This document shows positions 36,205 through 44,838 of a stretch of 64,000 nt of DNA, one piece after another. The position numbers were made by a program, and so were the translations under genes. Under the pieces are notes generated by a model. The model was not told where the DNA came from. It saw only the letters and a list, made by a program, of their open reading frames with translations, and did no database searches. Every line of letters begins with the position of its first letter. The stretch's first letter is position 1. The DNA comes from Candidatus Sungiibacteriota bacterium (GTDB lineage Bacteria; Patescibacteriota; Minisyncoccia; Sungbacterales; HO2-52-23), in contig JACPBG010000002.1 in NCBI GenBank assembly GCA_016180435.1, positions 60,342 to 124,341 of the forward strand. The letters run 5' to 3'.

Positions 36205-36301
36205 ATCTAAAGGCCGGGCATTGTCCGGCTTTTAGATTTATCAATCTCTAAGTTCTAATCTCTAATTTCTAATAAAACACTAAAAATGTTATTATAGCAG
36301 A

Positions 36302-37531
36302 ATGCGTTACGATTATCTCATTATAGGCGGAGGCATTGCCGGAGTTACTGCGGCCGAAACTATCCGGGAGGAAGACGCCCAAGCCACTATTGCCCTTGTT
36401 TCGGAAGAAACGCATCCTTTGTATTCAAGAGTCATGCTGCCGCGCTATCTAAAAAGAAAAATCCAGCGTGAGCAGCTTTTTTTGCGGACCGAGCATCAAT
36501 TTACCCAAAAAAGCATTGATTTACGGCTGGCGCAGGAGGTTTCATTTGTTGATACTAAGCGCGGGGAGATCGGATTGGTGAACCGCGCGATTCTTGGTTT
36601 TAAAAAACTTTTGATCGCAAGCGGAGGCCGGGTAAAAAGCATTCCGGAGAATTTGCGCGGCGAATTTTCATACCGCCTGCAAACTCTTGAGGATGCCGAC
36701 CGGCTTTTTAAGAATTTATATAAAATCACAAGCCCGATCGTAGTCGGATCGTCTTTGATCAGCTTGGAATTATTGGAAATTTTTGCCGTTCACAAAACCC
36801 CTCCCGTAGTTTTGGTGCGCGGCCCGCATTTTTTTCGGGAATTTTTGGACGCATCCGGCGCTGAAATTCTTCATGCCAATTTCCGGGCACACGGCATTGA
36901 CGCGCAATATAATACGACCGTAACGTCGGCCGAACCGAAGGATAACATGCTTAAAGTGCTGACCAGCCGGTATAGTGAAATAATTTGCGATGCCATGGCG
37001 TTTGGCATAGGCATTGAGCGAAATATTGGATTTCTGCATGGATCAGGAATAGAATGCGGGAAGGCCGGCGTCAAAACCAATGAGTTTTTGGAAACAAATG
37101 CCGAGGGAGTTTTTGCCGCCGGGGATGTTGCGGAATTTCAGGATGTTATTTCGGGCAAGCAACACGTTGTCGGCACCTGGACCAATGCGTTTTTACAGGG
37201 CAAGTGTGCGGGCTTGAATATGGTCGGAAAGCGGGAAATATTCAAGCGTGTTTCCTCGTATTCCATAACCAATCTCGGATTTCACATTACGATACTGGGC
37301 GAATGCGATGGTGAAGGAGTAGAGGATATTATTCGGATTGATTCGGCGCACAGGCAATATGAGCGTTTTTTTCTCAAAGATGGAATTATCTGCGGCACGG
37401 CGCTTATCAATCGTTTTCCGGATAAGCCCATTTTGGCAAAACTTATTGAAACCAGAACTCCGGTTGGTGAATACGCGGAACAATTGCGTGATTTCAGATT
37501 TGACATCGGGAGTATTCCGGTGATACAATAG
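36302..37531 (+). CDS. FAD-dependent pyridine nucleotide-disulfide oxidoreductase
   Basis: MRYDYLIIGGGIAGVTAAE (GxGxxG); second Rossmann motif IVVGSSLISLE; GDVAEF. Confidence 0.8.
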   Translation: MRYDYLIIGGGIAGVTAAETIREEDAQATIALVSEETHPLYSRVMLPRYLKRKIQREQLFLRTEHQFTQKSIDLRLAQEVSFVDTKRGEIGLVNRAILGFKKLLIASGGRVKSIPENLRGEFSYRLQTLEDADRLFKNLYKITSPIVVGSSLISLELLEIFAVHKTPPVVLVRGPHFFREFLDASGAEILHANFRAHGIDAQYNTTVTSAEPKDNMLKVLTSRYSEIICDAMAFGIGIERNIGFLHGSGIECGKAGVKTNEFLETNAEGVFAAGDVAEFQDVISGKQHVVGTWTNAFLQGKCAGLNMVGKREIFKRVSSYSITNLGFHITILGECDGEGVEDIIRIDSAHRQYERFFLKDGIICGTALINRFPDKPILAKLIETRTPVGEYAEQLRDFRFDIGSIPVIQ

Positions 37532-37611
37532 TTTTAAATTCACGAATCTAGCCCGAATTTTATTCGCGAATATTCGCGAATTTAATTCGTGATTGATTAG
37601 CGAAAAATTTT

Positions 37612-38352
37612 ATGGACGACATTGAATCACAAAACGAAGTAAAAACAGATGATAAAAAAGAAAATACATTTTTAATTCCGGCGTCAATCATTGTGGCCGG
37701 TGTTCTGATTGCGTTTGCGGTCTTTTATTCCGGACGCGGAGGAAATATGGCACCGTCGCGTCAGCCATCCGCGGCAAATAACACAGCACCCGCGGCTCCG
37801 GTTATCTCGGGAGATTTGGCTGATGACGATCCCACGCTTGGCAATCCGGACGCCCCGGTTACCATGGTTGAATTTAGTGATTTTCAGTGTCCGTTTTGCC
37901 GTTCCATGTGGCGCAATATCCTGCCGCAAATAAAAGAAAATTACATAAAAACCGGAAAAGTTAAATTTGTATACCGTGATTTTCCGTTAACATCCATTCA
38001 TCCCGGAGCAGAACCAGCGGCTTTGGCCGGCGAGTGTGCGGATGAGCAGGGAAAATTCTGGACTTTTCACGATAAAGTTTTCGAGGAACAGGATAAAAAA
38101 GGGCAGGGAACAGTGGAATTTGGCGCAGCGGATCTGAAACAATGGGCGCGCGCGGCAGGTTTGGATGGAGTTCAATTTGATTCTTGTCTGGGTTCGCGCA
38201 AATATGCGGATGAGGTTGCAAAGGACTTGCAGGACGGGGTAGCCGCCGGAGTTACCGGCACGCCCGCGACCTTTGTGAACGGCCGTTTGATTTCCGGCGC
38301 CCTTCCGTATGCGCAGTTTGAAGCGATAATTGAGGAGGCGTTCAAGAGATAG
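37612..38352 (+). CDS. DsbA-family thiol:disulfide oxidoreductase, membrane-anchored
   Basis: N-terminal TM; FSDFQCPFCR active site. Confidence 0.8.
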   Translation: MDDIESQNEVKTDDKKENTFLIPASIIVAGVLIAFAVFYSGRGGNMAPSRQPSAANNTAPAAPVISGDLADDDPTLGNPDAPVTMVEFSDFQCPFCRSMWRNILPQIKENYIKTGKVKFVYRDFPLTSIHPGAEPAALAGECADEQGKFWTFHDKVFEEQDKKGQGTVEFGAADLKQWARAAGLDGVQFDSCLGSRKYADEVAKDLQDGVAAGVTGTPATFVNGRLISGALPYAQFEAIIEEAFKR

Positions 38353-38401
38353 AATTAATTGGGCAATGGTAATTTATCTGGTAACGTGATATAATGGGTT
38401 T

Positions 38402-38617
38402 ATGAAGAAAACATATTTTACATCAGTTATATGGAAAGAAGGAAAATATTATGTTGCCCAGTGTCTTAATATTGATGTATCAAGTTTTGGTAAAACCAAA
38501 CGTGAAGCTCTAAAAAATCTGGAAGAGGCAGTGGAACTTTATTTGGAAGATAAACCGATTCGCGTTCAACGTGTTGTTTCGCCGTCTATTGTGGTGAGAG
38601 AATTGCAATATGCCTAA
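38402..38617 (+). CDS. hicB: HicB-family antitoxin (UPF0150-like)
   Basis: YYVAQCLNIDVSSFGKTKREALKNLEEAVELYLE. Confidence 0.65.
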   Translation: MKKTYFTSVIWKEGKYYVAQCLNIDVSSFGKTKREALKNLEEAVELYLEDKPIRVQRVVSPSIVVRELQYA

Positions 38618-38822
38618 GTTGTTTTCATCGCGGCGTGTCATTCAGGTCCTGGAGCGCCAGGGCTTTGTTTTTATTTCTCAACGGGGAAGTCACGCCAAAT
38701 ATCGCAAAACCGGTCCGCATACATTTACCGCGATTGTCCCTGTTGGGAAAAAGGAGATTCCACACGGAACTTTTCGTTCTATTGTACGCCAATCAGGATT
38801 ACAGGAGGAGAATTTTGAATAA
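38610..38822 (+). CDS. hicA: HicA-family toxin (YcfA-like)
   Basis: VLERQGFVFISQRGSHAKYRK...VPVGKKEIPHGTFRSIVRQSGL; overlaps hicB by 8 bp. Confidence 0.65.
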   Translation: MPKLFSSRRVIQVLERQGFVFISQRGSHAKYRKTGPHTFTAIVPVGKKEIPHGTFRSIVRQSGLQEENFE

Positions 38823-40593
38823 AATTATAAGCAATCAAGAAACAAAAATCTGTCAAAATTGTAAAAACGAGTTCACCATTGAATCGGTTGACTTTGCATT
38901 CTACGAAAAAATCCGTGTGCCGCCGCCCACCTGGTGTCCGGAGTGTAGGATGGTGCGGAGGATGGTGTTTAGAAACGAGCGCAAACTTTTTCGCATAAAA
39001 AGCGCGAAATCCGGCAAAGAAATTTTATCGTTAAATCCGCCGGAAGCCGGTGTTGCGGTTTATGATGAAAAAGAATGGTGGTCGGATGATTGGGATGCCC
39101 GAGAATACGGGAGAGAATATGATTTCTCGCGGCCGTTTTTTGATCAGTTTTTCGAGTTGTCGAGGGTTGTTCCGCGTTACAGCCGCGATGTCCTGAATAT
39201 GGTCAATAGCGATTATTCCGCCAATGCCGCTGATCTAAAAAATTGTTACCTTTTGTTTAACTCAAATTACAGCGAGGATTCTTCATACGGAAACGCCGTG
39301 GATAAATCACATTTTTGTTTTGATAATTCGCATATTCAAAAATGTGAAAGATGTTACGAGTCATTTTGGCTGGCAAATTGTTACCAGACCCATTTTTCCT
39401 CCAAGTGCGAGGATTGCCAGAGTGTATGGTTCTCAAAAAATTTACGCGGATGCAGCAATTGTTTCGGATGCGTGAATCTGCGCGGGAAAAATTACTGCAT
39501 TTTCAACAAGCAATATTCCAAAGAAGATTATATCAAAAAGTTGGAATCGTTTTCTTTGCATACTTTTTCCGGAATCACGGCAGTAAAGAAAACGGCGCTG
39601 GATTTTTGGTTAAAATTTCCCAACAAATATATTGAGGGCGTTAAAAATCTAAATTCATCCGGGGAATATGTTACGCATTCCAAAAATGTGCATCATGGTT
39701 ATTTGGTGCGTGAAGGGGAAGATTTGCGCTATGTCCAGTATGTGCAGCTGCCGCCCTCTAAAGATCTGATGGATATAACTGTCGGAGGGAACGGCATGGA
39801 ATTATCATATGAAAATGCGACAAGCGGTTGGGGCAGGGTTTATAACTTGAAATTTTGTGCGGAATGCTGGCCGGAGGTTCGGGATATGGAATATTCAATG
39901 TTTTGTACCTCATCCTCCAATCTTTTCGGGTGCGTGGGTCTTCATAAAAAAGAATTTTGCATTTTAAATAGGCAATATACGAAAGAATCCTTTGACCAGC
40001 TCAAGATAAAGATTATTAAACATATGGATGAAATGCCATATGTTGATTCGCGCGGCCGGGCGTATAAATATGGGGAGTTTTTTCCGCCGGAATTGTCGCC
40101 GTTTGCCTATAATCAAACTATTGCCATTGAGCATTTTCCTTTAACCAAAGAAGAAGCCGAGAAAGCGGGGTACAGATGGCAGGAGCCGACAAGGCGCGAA
40201 TATGAAATAACCATGACTGTGGATGAAATTCCGGATTCGATCAGGGATATCCGCGAAGACATTCTAAAAGAAGTTATTCAATGCGCGAGTTGCAAACGGG
40301 CGTATCGCCTGATACGTTCCGAATTGGAATTTTTGAAGAAAGAAGGCATTCCGGCGCCCAGAGTTTGCATTGACTGCCGGCATGACGAGCGTATCAGCCA
40401 AAGAAACAAAGCAATTTTTTATTCGCGCCGATGCGCGTGCAGCGGCCAAAATTCCGGGAACGGGGCGTATAAAAATACTGCTACTCATTTCCATGGTCCA
40501 AATCAGTGCCTTAATGAATTTAAAACAAGTTATGCGCCGGACAGGCCGGAGATAGTGTATTGCGAAGCGTGCTACAATTCTGAAGTTGTATAA
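38815..40593 (+). CDS. large cysteine-rich multi-zinc-ribbon protein, paralog A (~592 aa), unknown function
   Basis: TTG start behind AGGAGGAG, overlapping the hicA stop. N-terminal ribbon CQNCKNEF...VPPPTWCPECR, C-terminal ribbons CASCKRAY...CIDCR and YCEACYNSEVV; central Cys repeats. Collinear homolog of 41377..43101. Confidence 0.6.
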   Translation: MNKIISNQETKICQNCKNEFTIESVDFAFYEKIRVPPPTWCPECRMVRRMVFRNERKLFRIKSAKSGKEILSLNPPEAGVAVYDEKEWWSDDWDAREYGREYDFSRPFFDQFFELSRVVPRYSRDVLNMVNSDYSANAADLKNCYLLFNSNYSEDSSYGNAVDKSHFCFDNSHIQKCERCYESFWLANCYQTHFSSKCEDCQSVWFSKNLRGCSNCFGCVNLRGKNYCIFNKQYSKEDYIKKLESFSLHTFSGITAVKKTALDFWLKFPNKYIEGVKNLNSSGEYVTHSKNVHHGYLVREGEDLRYVQYVQLPPSKDLMDITVGGNGMELSYENATSGWGRVYNLKFCAECWPEVRDMEYSMFCTSSSNLFGCVGLHKKEFCILNRQYTKESFDQLKIKIIKHMDEMPYVDSRGRAYKYGEFFPPELSPFAYNQTIAIEHFPLTKEEAEKAGYRWQEPTRREYEITMTVDEIPDSIRDIREDILKEVIQCASCKRAYRLIRSELEFLKKEGIPAPRVCIDCRHDERISQRNKAIFYSRRCACSGQNSGNGAYKNTATHFHGPNQCLNEFKTSYAPDRPEIVYCEACYNSEVV

Positions 40594-40785
40594 TGAAAGC
40601 ACGCGGAGTCCCGCCTCAATTCAAGAATTGATTTTGTATATAGATGTAGTAAGCCGAAGGCGTTGCTGCGCTATGATCCTAATTTTACTGCTGACTTCGC
40701 ACGGAATTGAGGCGGACGAAAATTGCTACAATAATGAAGTGGTATGATGTTTGACCGTTATATCTATGTTTGTTATTATTGAACC

Positions 40786-41013
40786 ATGGCTAATCATAAG
40801 CGACAATTTGTACATTATGATCCGGAGGCTGACGTTATTGCCATGTATAACGGTAAGGGGCGTGAAGAGGAGTTCGTGGAAGTGGCGCCCAATGTTTCTT
40901 TAGAATTAGACAAAAAAGGGTCGGTAATCGGTATTGAAATTTTGAACGCATCTAAAGTGTTGCGTCCTTTTTGGAACTCATTGCGTAAACGGCAATCTTC
41001 TTACATAAAGTAA
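40786..41013 (+). CDS. DUF2283-like small protein, candidate antitoxin partner
   Basis: VHYDPEADVIAMYNGKG...ELDKKGSVIGIEILNAS. Confidence 0.5.
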   Translation: MANHKRQFVHYDPEADVIAMYNGKGREEEFVEVAPNVSLELDKKGSVIGIEILNASKVLRPFWNSLRKRQSSYIK

Positions 41014-41304
41014 ATGGAAGTTCGCTACAGTCAACATCTTGAAATTCGTCTCACAATGCGCGGCATACCACACGAGTTGCCGCGCATTGTATATGAAAAT
41101 GCCAAGCGGCGGTTTCATGATACTGACTCGGATCTTGACATTGCGGTGCTGCGTACCGCTTTTTACGGACGGCAACGGGATGTTGTGGTTGCCTATCGTA
41201 TATATTCAGATTATGTTTTGCTGATTACTATCCACCCACTTAAAGAAGGACAATTCGAAAACCGGATTCGCTCTGGACGTTGGACGGAGATTCCATCGTT
41301 ATGA
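41014..41304 (+). CDS. DUF4258-like small protein, candidate toxin partner
   Basis: Begins 1 nt after the previous stop; HLEIRLTMRGIPHELPRIVYENA...VVVAYRIYSDYVLLITIH. Confidence 0.45.
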   Translation: MEVRYSQHLEIRLTMRGIPHELPRIVYENAKRRFHDTDSDLDIAVLRTAFYGRQRDVVVAYRIYSDYVLLITIHPLKEGQFENRIRSGRWTEIPSL

Positions 41305-41376
41305 GTTGTGATGTAAAAGAATATTTACCCTCCCAAATTTTACAAAGTAAAACTTGGGAGGGCGGGCGAAAAAAAT

Positions 41377-43101
41377 ATGACACGACAATGCCAAAATTGT
41401 AACCAGAGCTTTGAAATTGCCCCCGAGGACCTTTCGTTTTACGACCGCATTCATGTCCCGCCGCCCACCTGGTGTCCAAGATGCCGGTTTCAGAGACGGC
41501 TCGCATTTTTTAATTTAACCGCGCTTTACAAGCGAAAATGCGATCTTTGCGGCGAGGAAAAAATTTCCATTTATCGTCCGGATGCGCCTTATAGAGTTTA
41601 TTGTCCGCCCTGCTGGTGGTCGGATAAGTGGGACCCTATGCAATATGGACGTGATTACGATTTTTCACGATCGTTTTTTGAGCAATACGCTGATCTTGTG
41701 CATGAGGTCCCGCACTGCGGCTTGGCAACTGACCATACGACGGTCATCAATTCAACCTATACCAATCACGCCGGAAATCTCAAAAATTGCTATTTGTTAT
41801 TCCAGGCGGATTTTAATGAGGACTGCGCGCACGGAGTATATGTTAAAAATTCAAGGTCCACGCTTGATTCCTCATTGATATTGAAATCCGAACTCTGCTA
41901 TGACTCCATGCACTCATATAAAAATAGCCATTGTGCGGGACTGCGAAGCCAGGTGACCAATTCGCTTGATTGTTACTTTCTCAAGGACTCATTTAATTGC
42001 CAGTATTGTTTTGCATCCGCCAATTTGCGAAATCGGAAGCATGTTATTTTTAATAAGCAATATTCTCCGGAAGATTATTTTAAGGAAATCGCGAGATGGG
42101 ATTTAGGTTCGTACGCCAAGTATCAAGAGATCAAATGTCTTGCCGAGGCGCACTGGAAAACTTTGCCGCCCAAGCCGCATATGGATGATTTTTCCGTAAA
42201 TTCATCGGGCAGCCATTACTTCCAGTGCAAAAACTGCAAGGATTGTTTTGAGGTGTGGGGCGAGGCCGAAGACAGTAAGTTTCTTTTTATGCTTTCCATT
42301 CCTCCGTTGAAAGATTGTTACGACGTATCAACCTGGGGCAATAATTTGCAGTTATCGTATGAATCATATGCAGTGGGCGAGCAGGGCGCCAATCTTAAAT
42401 TTTGTGCGGAGTCGGGTATCAATGCGCATTTACTGGAATATTGCAAGTTTACATTCGGAGGGGTGGAGGATTTCGGATGCGTTGGGTTGCGAAAGAAACA
42501 ATACTGTATCTTGAATAAACAATATACGAAAGAGGAGTATGAGAAAATGGTGCCAAAAATCAAGAAGCATATGGATGAAATGCCGTATATTTCAGAAATC
42601 CGAAATCCGAAGCACGAAATCCGAAAGATAATATATAAATACGGGGAATTTTTTCCGATAGAATTGAGTCCGTTTCCTTATAACGATACTGTGGCGCATA
42701 ATTTTTTCCCGCTTACCAAAGAAGATGCGTTGGCACGGGGATATAAATGGGGCGATAAAGAAAAAAGAGCTTATCCCATCACAATAAAGGCAAGCGATCT
42801 GCCGGATCATATCAAAGATGCGCCAGGTACCATTTTACAGGAAGTGATAGAATGTGTTGCATGCGGCCGGGGATTTAGAATCATTCCGATGGAGTTTAAA
42901 TTTTTACGAAAAATGAATTTGCCTTTGCCTCGGCAATGCCCGTTTTGCCGGATTGATGAGAAATTCACACTGTGGGTTAAAGATTTACGGGTTATCCCGC
43001 GGACGTGCGATAAGTGCGGCACATCGCTCACGACCAATTACACGCAAGAGGAAGCCCCTGTGATTTATTGCAAAGCATGCTATAATAATGAAGTAATATA
43101 A
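41377..43101 (+). CDS. large cysteine-rich multi-zinc-ribbon protein, paralog B (574 aa)
   Basis: RBS GGGAGGG; CQNCNQSF...VPPPTWCPRCR; CVACGRGF...CPFCR; YCKACYNNEVI; shares GCVGL, KHMDEMPY and YKYGEFFP...ELSPF blocks with paralog A. Confidence 0.6.
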   Translation: MTRQCQNCNQSFEIAPEDLSFYDRIHVPPPTWCPRCRFQRRLAFFNLTALYKRKCDLCGEEKISIYRPDAPYRVYCPPCWWSDKWDPMQYGRDYDFSRSFFEQYADLVHEVPHCGLATDHTTVINSTYTNHAGNLKNCYLLFQADFNEDCAHGVYVKNSRSTLDSSLILKSELCYDSMHSYKNSHCAGLRSQVTNSLDCYFLKDSFNCQYCFASANLRNRKHVIFNKQYSPEDYFKEIARWDLGSYAKYQEIKCLAEAHWKTLPPKPHMDDFSVNSSGSHYFQCKNCKDCFEVWGEAEDSKFLFMLSIPPLKDCYDVSTWGNNLQLSYESYAVGEQGANLKFCAESGINAHLLEYCKFTFGGVEDFGCVGLRKKQYCILNKQYTKEEYEKMVPKIKKHMDEMPYISEIRNPKHEIRKIIYKYGEFFPIELSPFPYNDTVAHNFFPLTKEDALARGYKWGDKEKRAYPITIKASDLPDHIKDAPGTILQEVIECVACGRGFRIIPMEFKFLRKMNLPLPRQCPFCRIDEKFTLWVKDLRVIPRTCDKCGTSLTTNYTQEEAPVIYCKACYNNEVI

Positions 43102-43140
43102 ATAATTGCGAACAGCGCGAACCGAATTGTTATAGAGTGT

Positions 43141-43270
43141 AAGTTTTAGAAGCCAGTCTGGTTTTGGGGTATTAGTTTTAAGGCCTTATACCTAAAACCC
43201 CATGACTATACGGGCATCTACAACCTAAACCCATAGACAATTCAGATGTTAGTGCTGTTAGTGTTTCATT
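43141..43270. repeat. repeat family E copy 2, upstream of the glutaredoxin gene
   Basis: See 28140..28275. Confidence 0.7.
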
Positions 43271-43276
43271 AAATAT

Positions 43277-43510
43277 ATGGCTAATGTAAAAATCTATACC
43301 ACTCCATCCTGCGTTTACTGCAAAATGGCCAAGGAGTTTTTCAAAAATAATAATGTCGCGTATGAGGAAAAAAACGTGGCCCAAGATGCGGCGGCGCGGG
43401 ATGAGATGATTCAAAAATCCGGCCAGCTCGGGGTACCGGTCATAGACATTGACGGGAAAATTATCGTGGGATTTGATCAGCCGGAGTTAAAAGAAGCGCT
43501 TCATATATGA
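43277..43510 (+). CDS. glutaredoxin-like protein (NrdH/YruB family)
   Basis: VKIYTTPSCVYCKMAKEFF...GVPVIDIDGKIIVGFD. Confidence 0.75.
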   Translation: MANVKIYTTPSCVYCKMAKEFFKNNNVAYEEKNVAQDAAARDEMIQKSGQLGVPVIDIDGKIIVGFDQPELKEALHI

Positions 43511-44058
43511 GCGGCAAGATATTTTGGTTTATTATAGCGATTGTTATGGCCGCGGGGGTTGTTTATTATATTTTAAGCTGGCGCGGAGCGGTTGATATGC
43601 CTGTCCCTCCGACGGCTAAGCCAATGCCGGAATTAATCTTTAGCGATTATGAGGGGAAGATTGTTAATTTATCCGAATTTCGAGGCCCGCTTCGCTCTCG
43701 CGAAAGCGAGGCGAGCAAGCCGTTGATAATAAACGTCTGGGCTTCATGGTGTTCATATTGTAAAAAAGAATTATCGGATTTTGCCGTAATCCAGCAGGAA
43801 TTCGGTGAAAAAATCACGGTGATTGCGATTGATCGCAGAGAAACGCCCGAGGCCGTTAAAAAGTATTCCGATGATCTGGGCGTGACCGGAAAAATTATTT
43901 TACTGCTTGATCCGGATGATTCTTTATATAAAGCCATCAGTGGTTTTTCCATGCCCGAAACCTTATTTGTGGACCGTGAAGGATCTATTCGTTATCATAA
44001 GCGCGGCCCCATGGAGTTAGAAGAAATTAGAAGGAGGGCGCAGAAAATTTTATTATAA
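43507..44058 (+). CDS. TlpA/ResA-like thiol-disulfide oxidoreductase (redoxin), membrane-anchored; in-frame GC-rich repeat near the active site
   Basis: N-terminal TM; VWASWCSYCKKE. Confidence 0.75.
   Translation: MSGKIFWFIIAIVMAAGVVYYILSWRGAVDMPVPPTAKPMPELIFSDYEGKIVNLSEFRGPLRSRESEASKPLIINVWASWCSYCKKELSDFAVIQQEFGEKITVIAIDRRETPEAVKKYSDDLGVTGKIILLLDPDDSLYKAISGFSMPETLFVDREGSIRYHKRGPMELEEIRRRAQKILL
43684..43716. repeat. GC-rich palindromic element, family 2 (GCTTCGCTCTCGC...GCGAGGCGAGC), in frame in the redoxin (peptide PLRSRESEAS)
   Basis: ccgcttcgctctcgcgaaagcgaggcgagcaag; second copy nested in repeat C at 63738. Confidence 0.6.
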
Positions 44059-44076
44059 AAAGTAAGTATTAATGTT

Positions 44077-44835
44077 ATGGAAATAATTCGATGTCAAAAT
44101 AATATGGATGCGTTGCGGCGCGCTGGTAATGTGATCAATCTTTCTTTTGAATCCTGCGAGCCGAGTCCGGCGCTTTTTCTCGTATCCGGCGGGTCTGCTT
44201 TCCACTTGCTCAAAGGAATAAATATCGGGCATTTCGGCGCTCGTATAACCATAAGCGTTTTGGATGAGCGCTACAGTCCGGACATTTCTGCCAGTAATTT
44301 TTTGTCTCTGCAAAGTTCTTCATTTTATCTTCAAGCCCAGCAGGCCGGCGCCGTCTTTTTGCATCCCTGGGGCGGAAAGACCAATGATGTTATCGCTGAA
44401 GAATGGCGTCAGGGCAAGGTACTTGAGGGATTGCAGGAAAGCGTCCGTTCGTACGAATCAGAGCTTCGCGCTTGGAAAGAGGCGCATCCGGACGGGAAAA
44501 TTTTTGCAACGCAAGGCATTGGAAACGATGGACATACTGCTGGCATTCTGCCGTATCCGGAAAATCCGGCGTTATTTCATAAAATATTTGAGGACGGAGA
44601 AAAATGGGTGGCGGGGTATGATACCACGCCGCAAAAAAGTTTGACTCCTTTGCGTATCACTTTGCGCTTGCCTTTTTTGCGCAACGAAATTCACCAATCA
44701 ATCGTATATGTTGCAGGCGAGGACAAAAGAATTGCGCTTGAAAGAGTATTGCAAGATTCCGGATCGCTGGCTGAAACACCGGCGCGTATTTTGCGTGAGA
44801 TGAAAGATGCCCGCATATTCACCGATATTGCCTAA
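44077..44835 (+). CDS. 6-phosphogluconolactonase-like (NagB/RpiA/CoA-transferase-like fold)
   Basis: FLVSGGSAFHLL and ISVLDERYSPDISASN resemble Pgl/DevB motifs. Confidence 0.5.
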   Translation: MEIIRCQNNMDALRRAGNVINLSFESCEPSPALFLVSGGSAFHLLKGINIGHFGARITISVLDERYSPDISASNFLSLQSSSFYLQAQQAGAVFLHPWGGKTNDVIAEEWRQGKVLEGLQESVRSYESELRAWKEAHPDGKIFATQGIGNDGHTAGILPYPENPALFHKIFEDGEKWVAGYDTTPQKSLTPLRITLRLPFLRNEIHQSIVYVAGEDKRIALERVLQDSGSLAETPARILREMKDARIFTDIA

Positions 44836-44838
44836 ATT

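Noticed and set aside
36038-36235. Alternative 65-aa ORF with the best RBS in the region
   Set aside because: Its translation (MIARNTTSPVPNVVIKERFRSRPHRDAMSSAAIVSVRIIR...) has no fold-like pattern. The overlapping frame carries a conserved zinc-ribbon motif shared with the large paralogs. The zinc-ribbon frame is kept as primary and the conflict is flagged as a finding.
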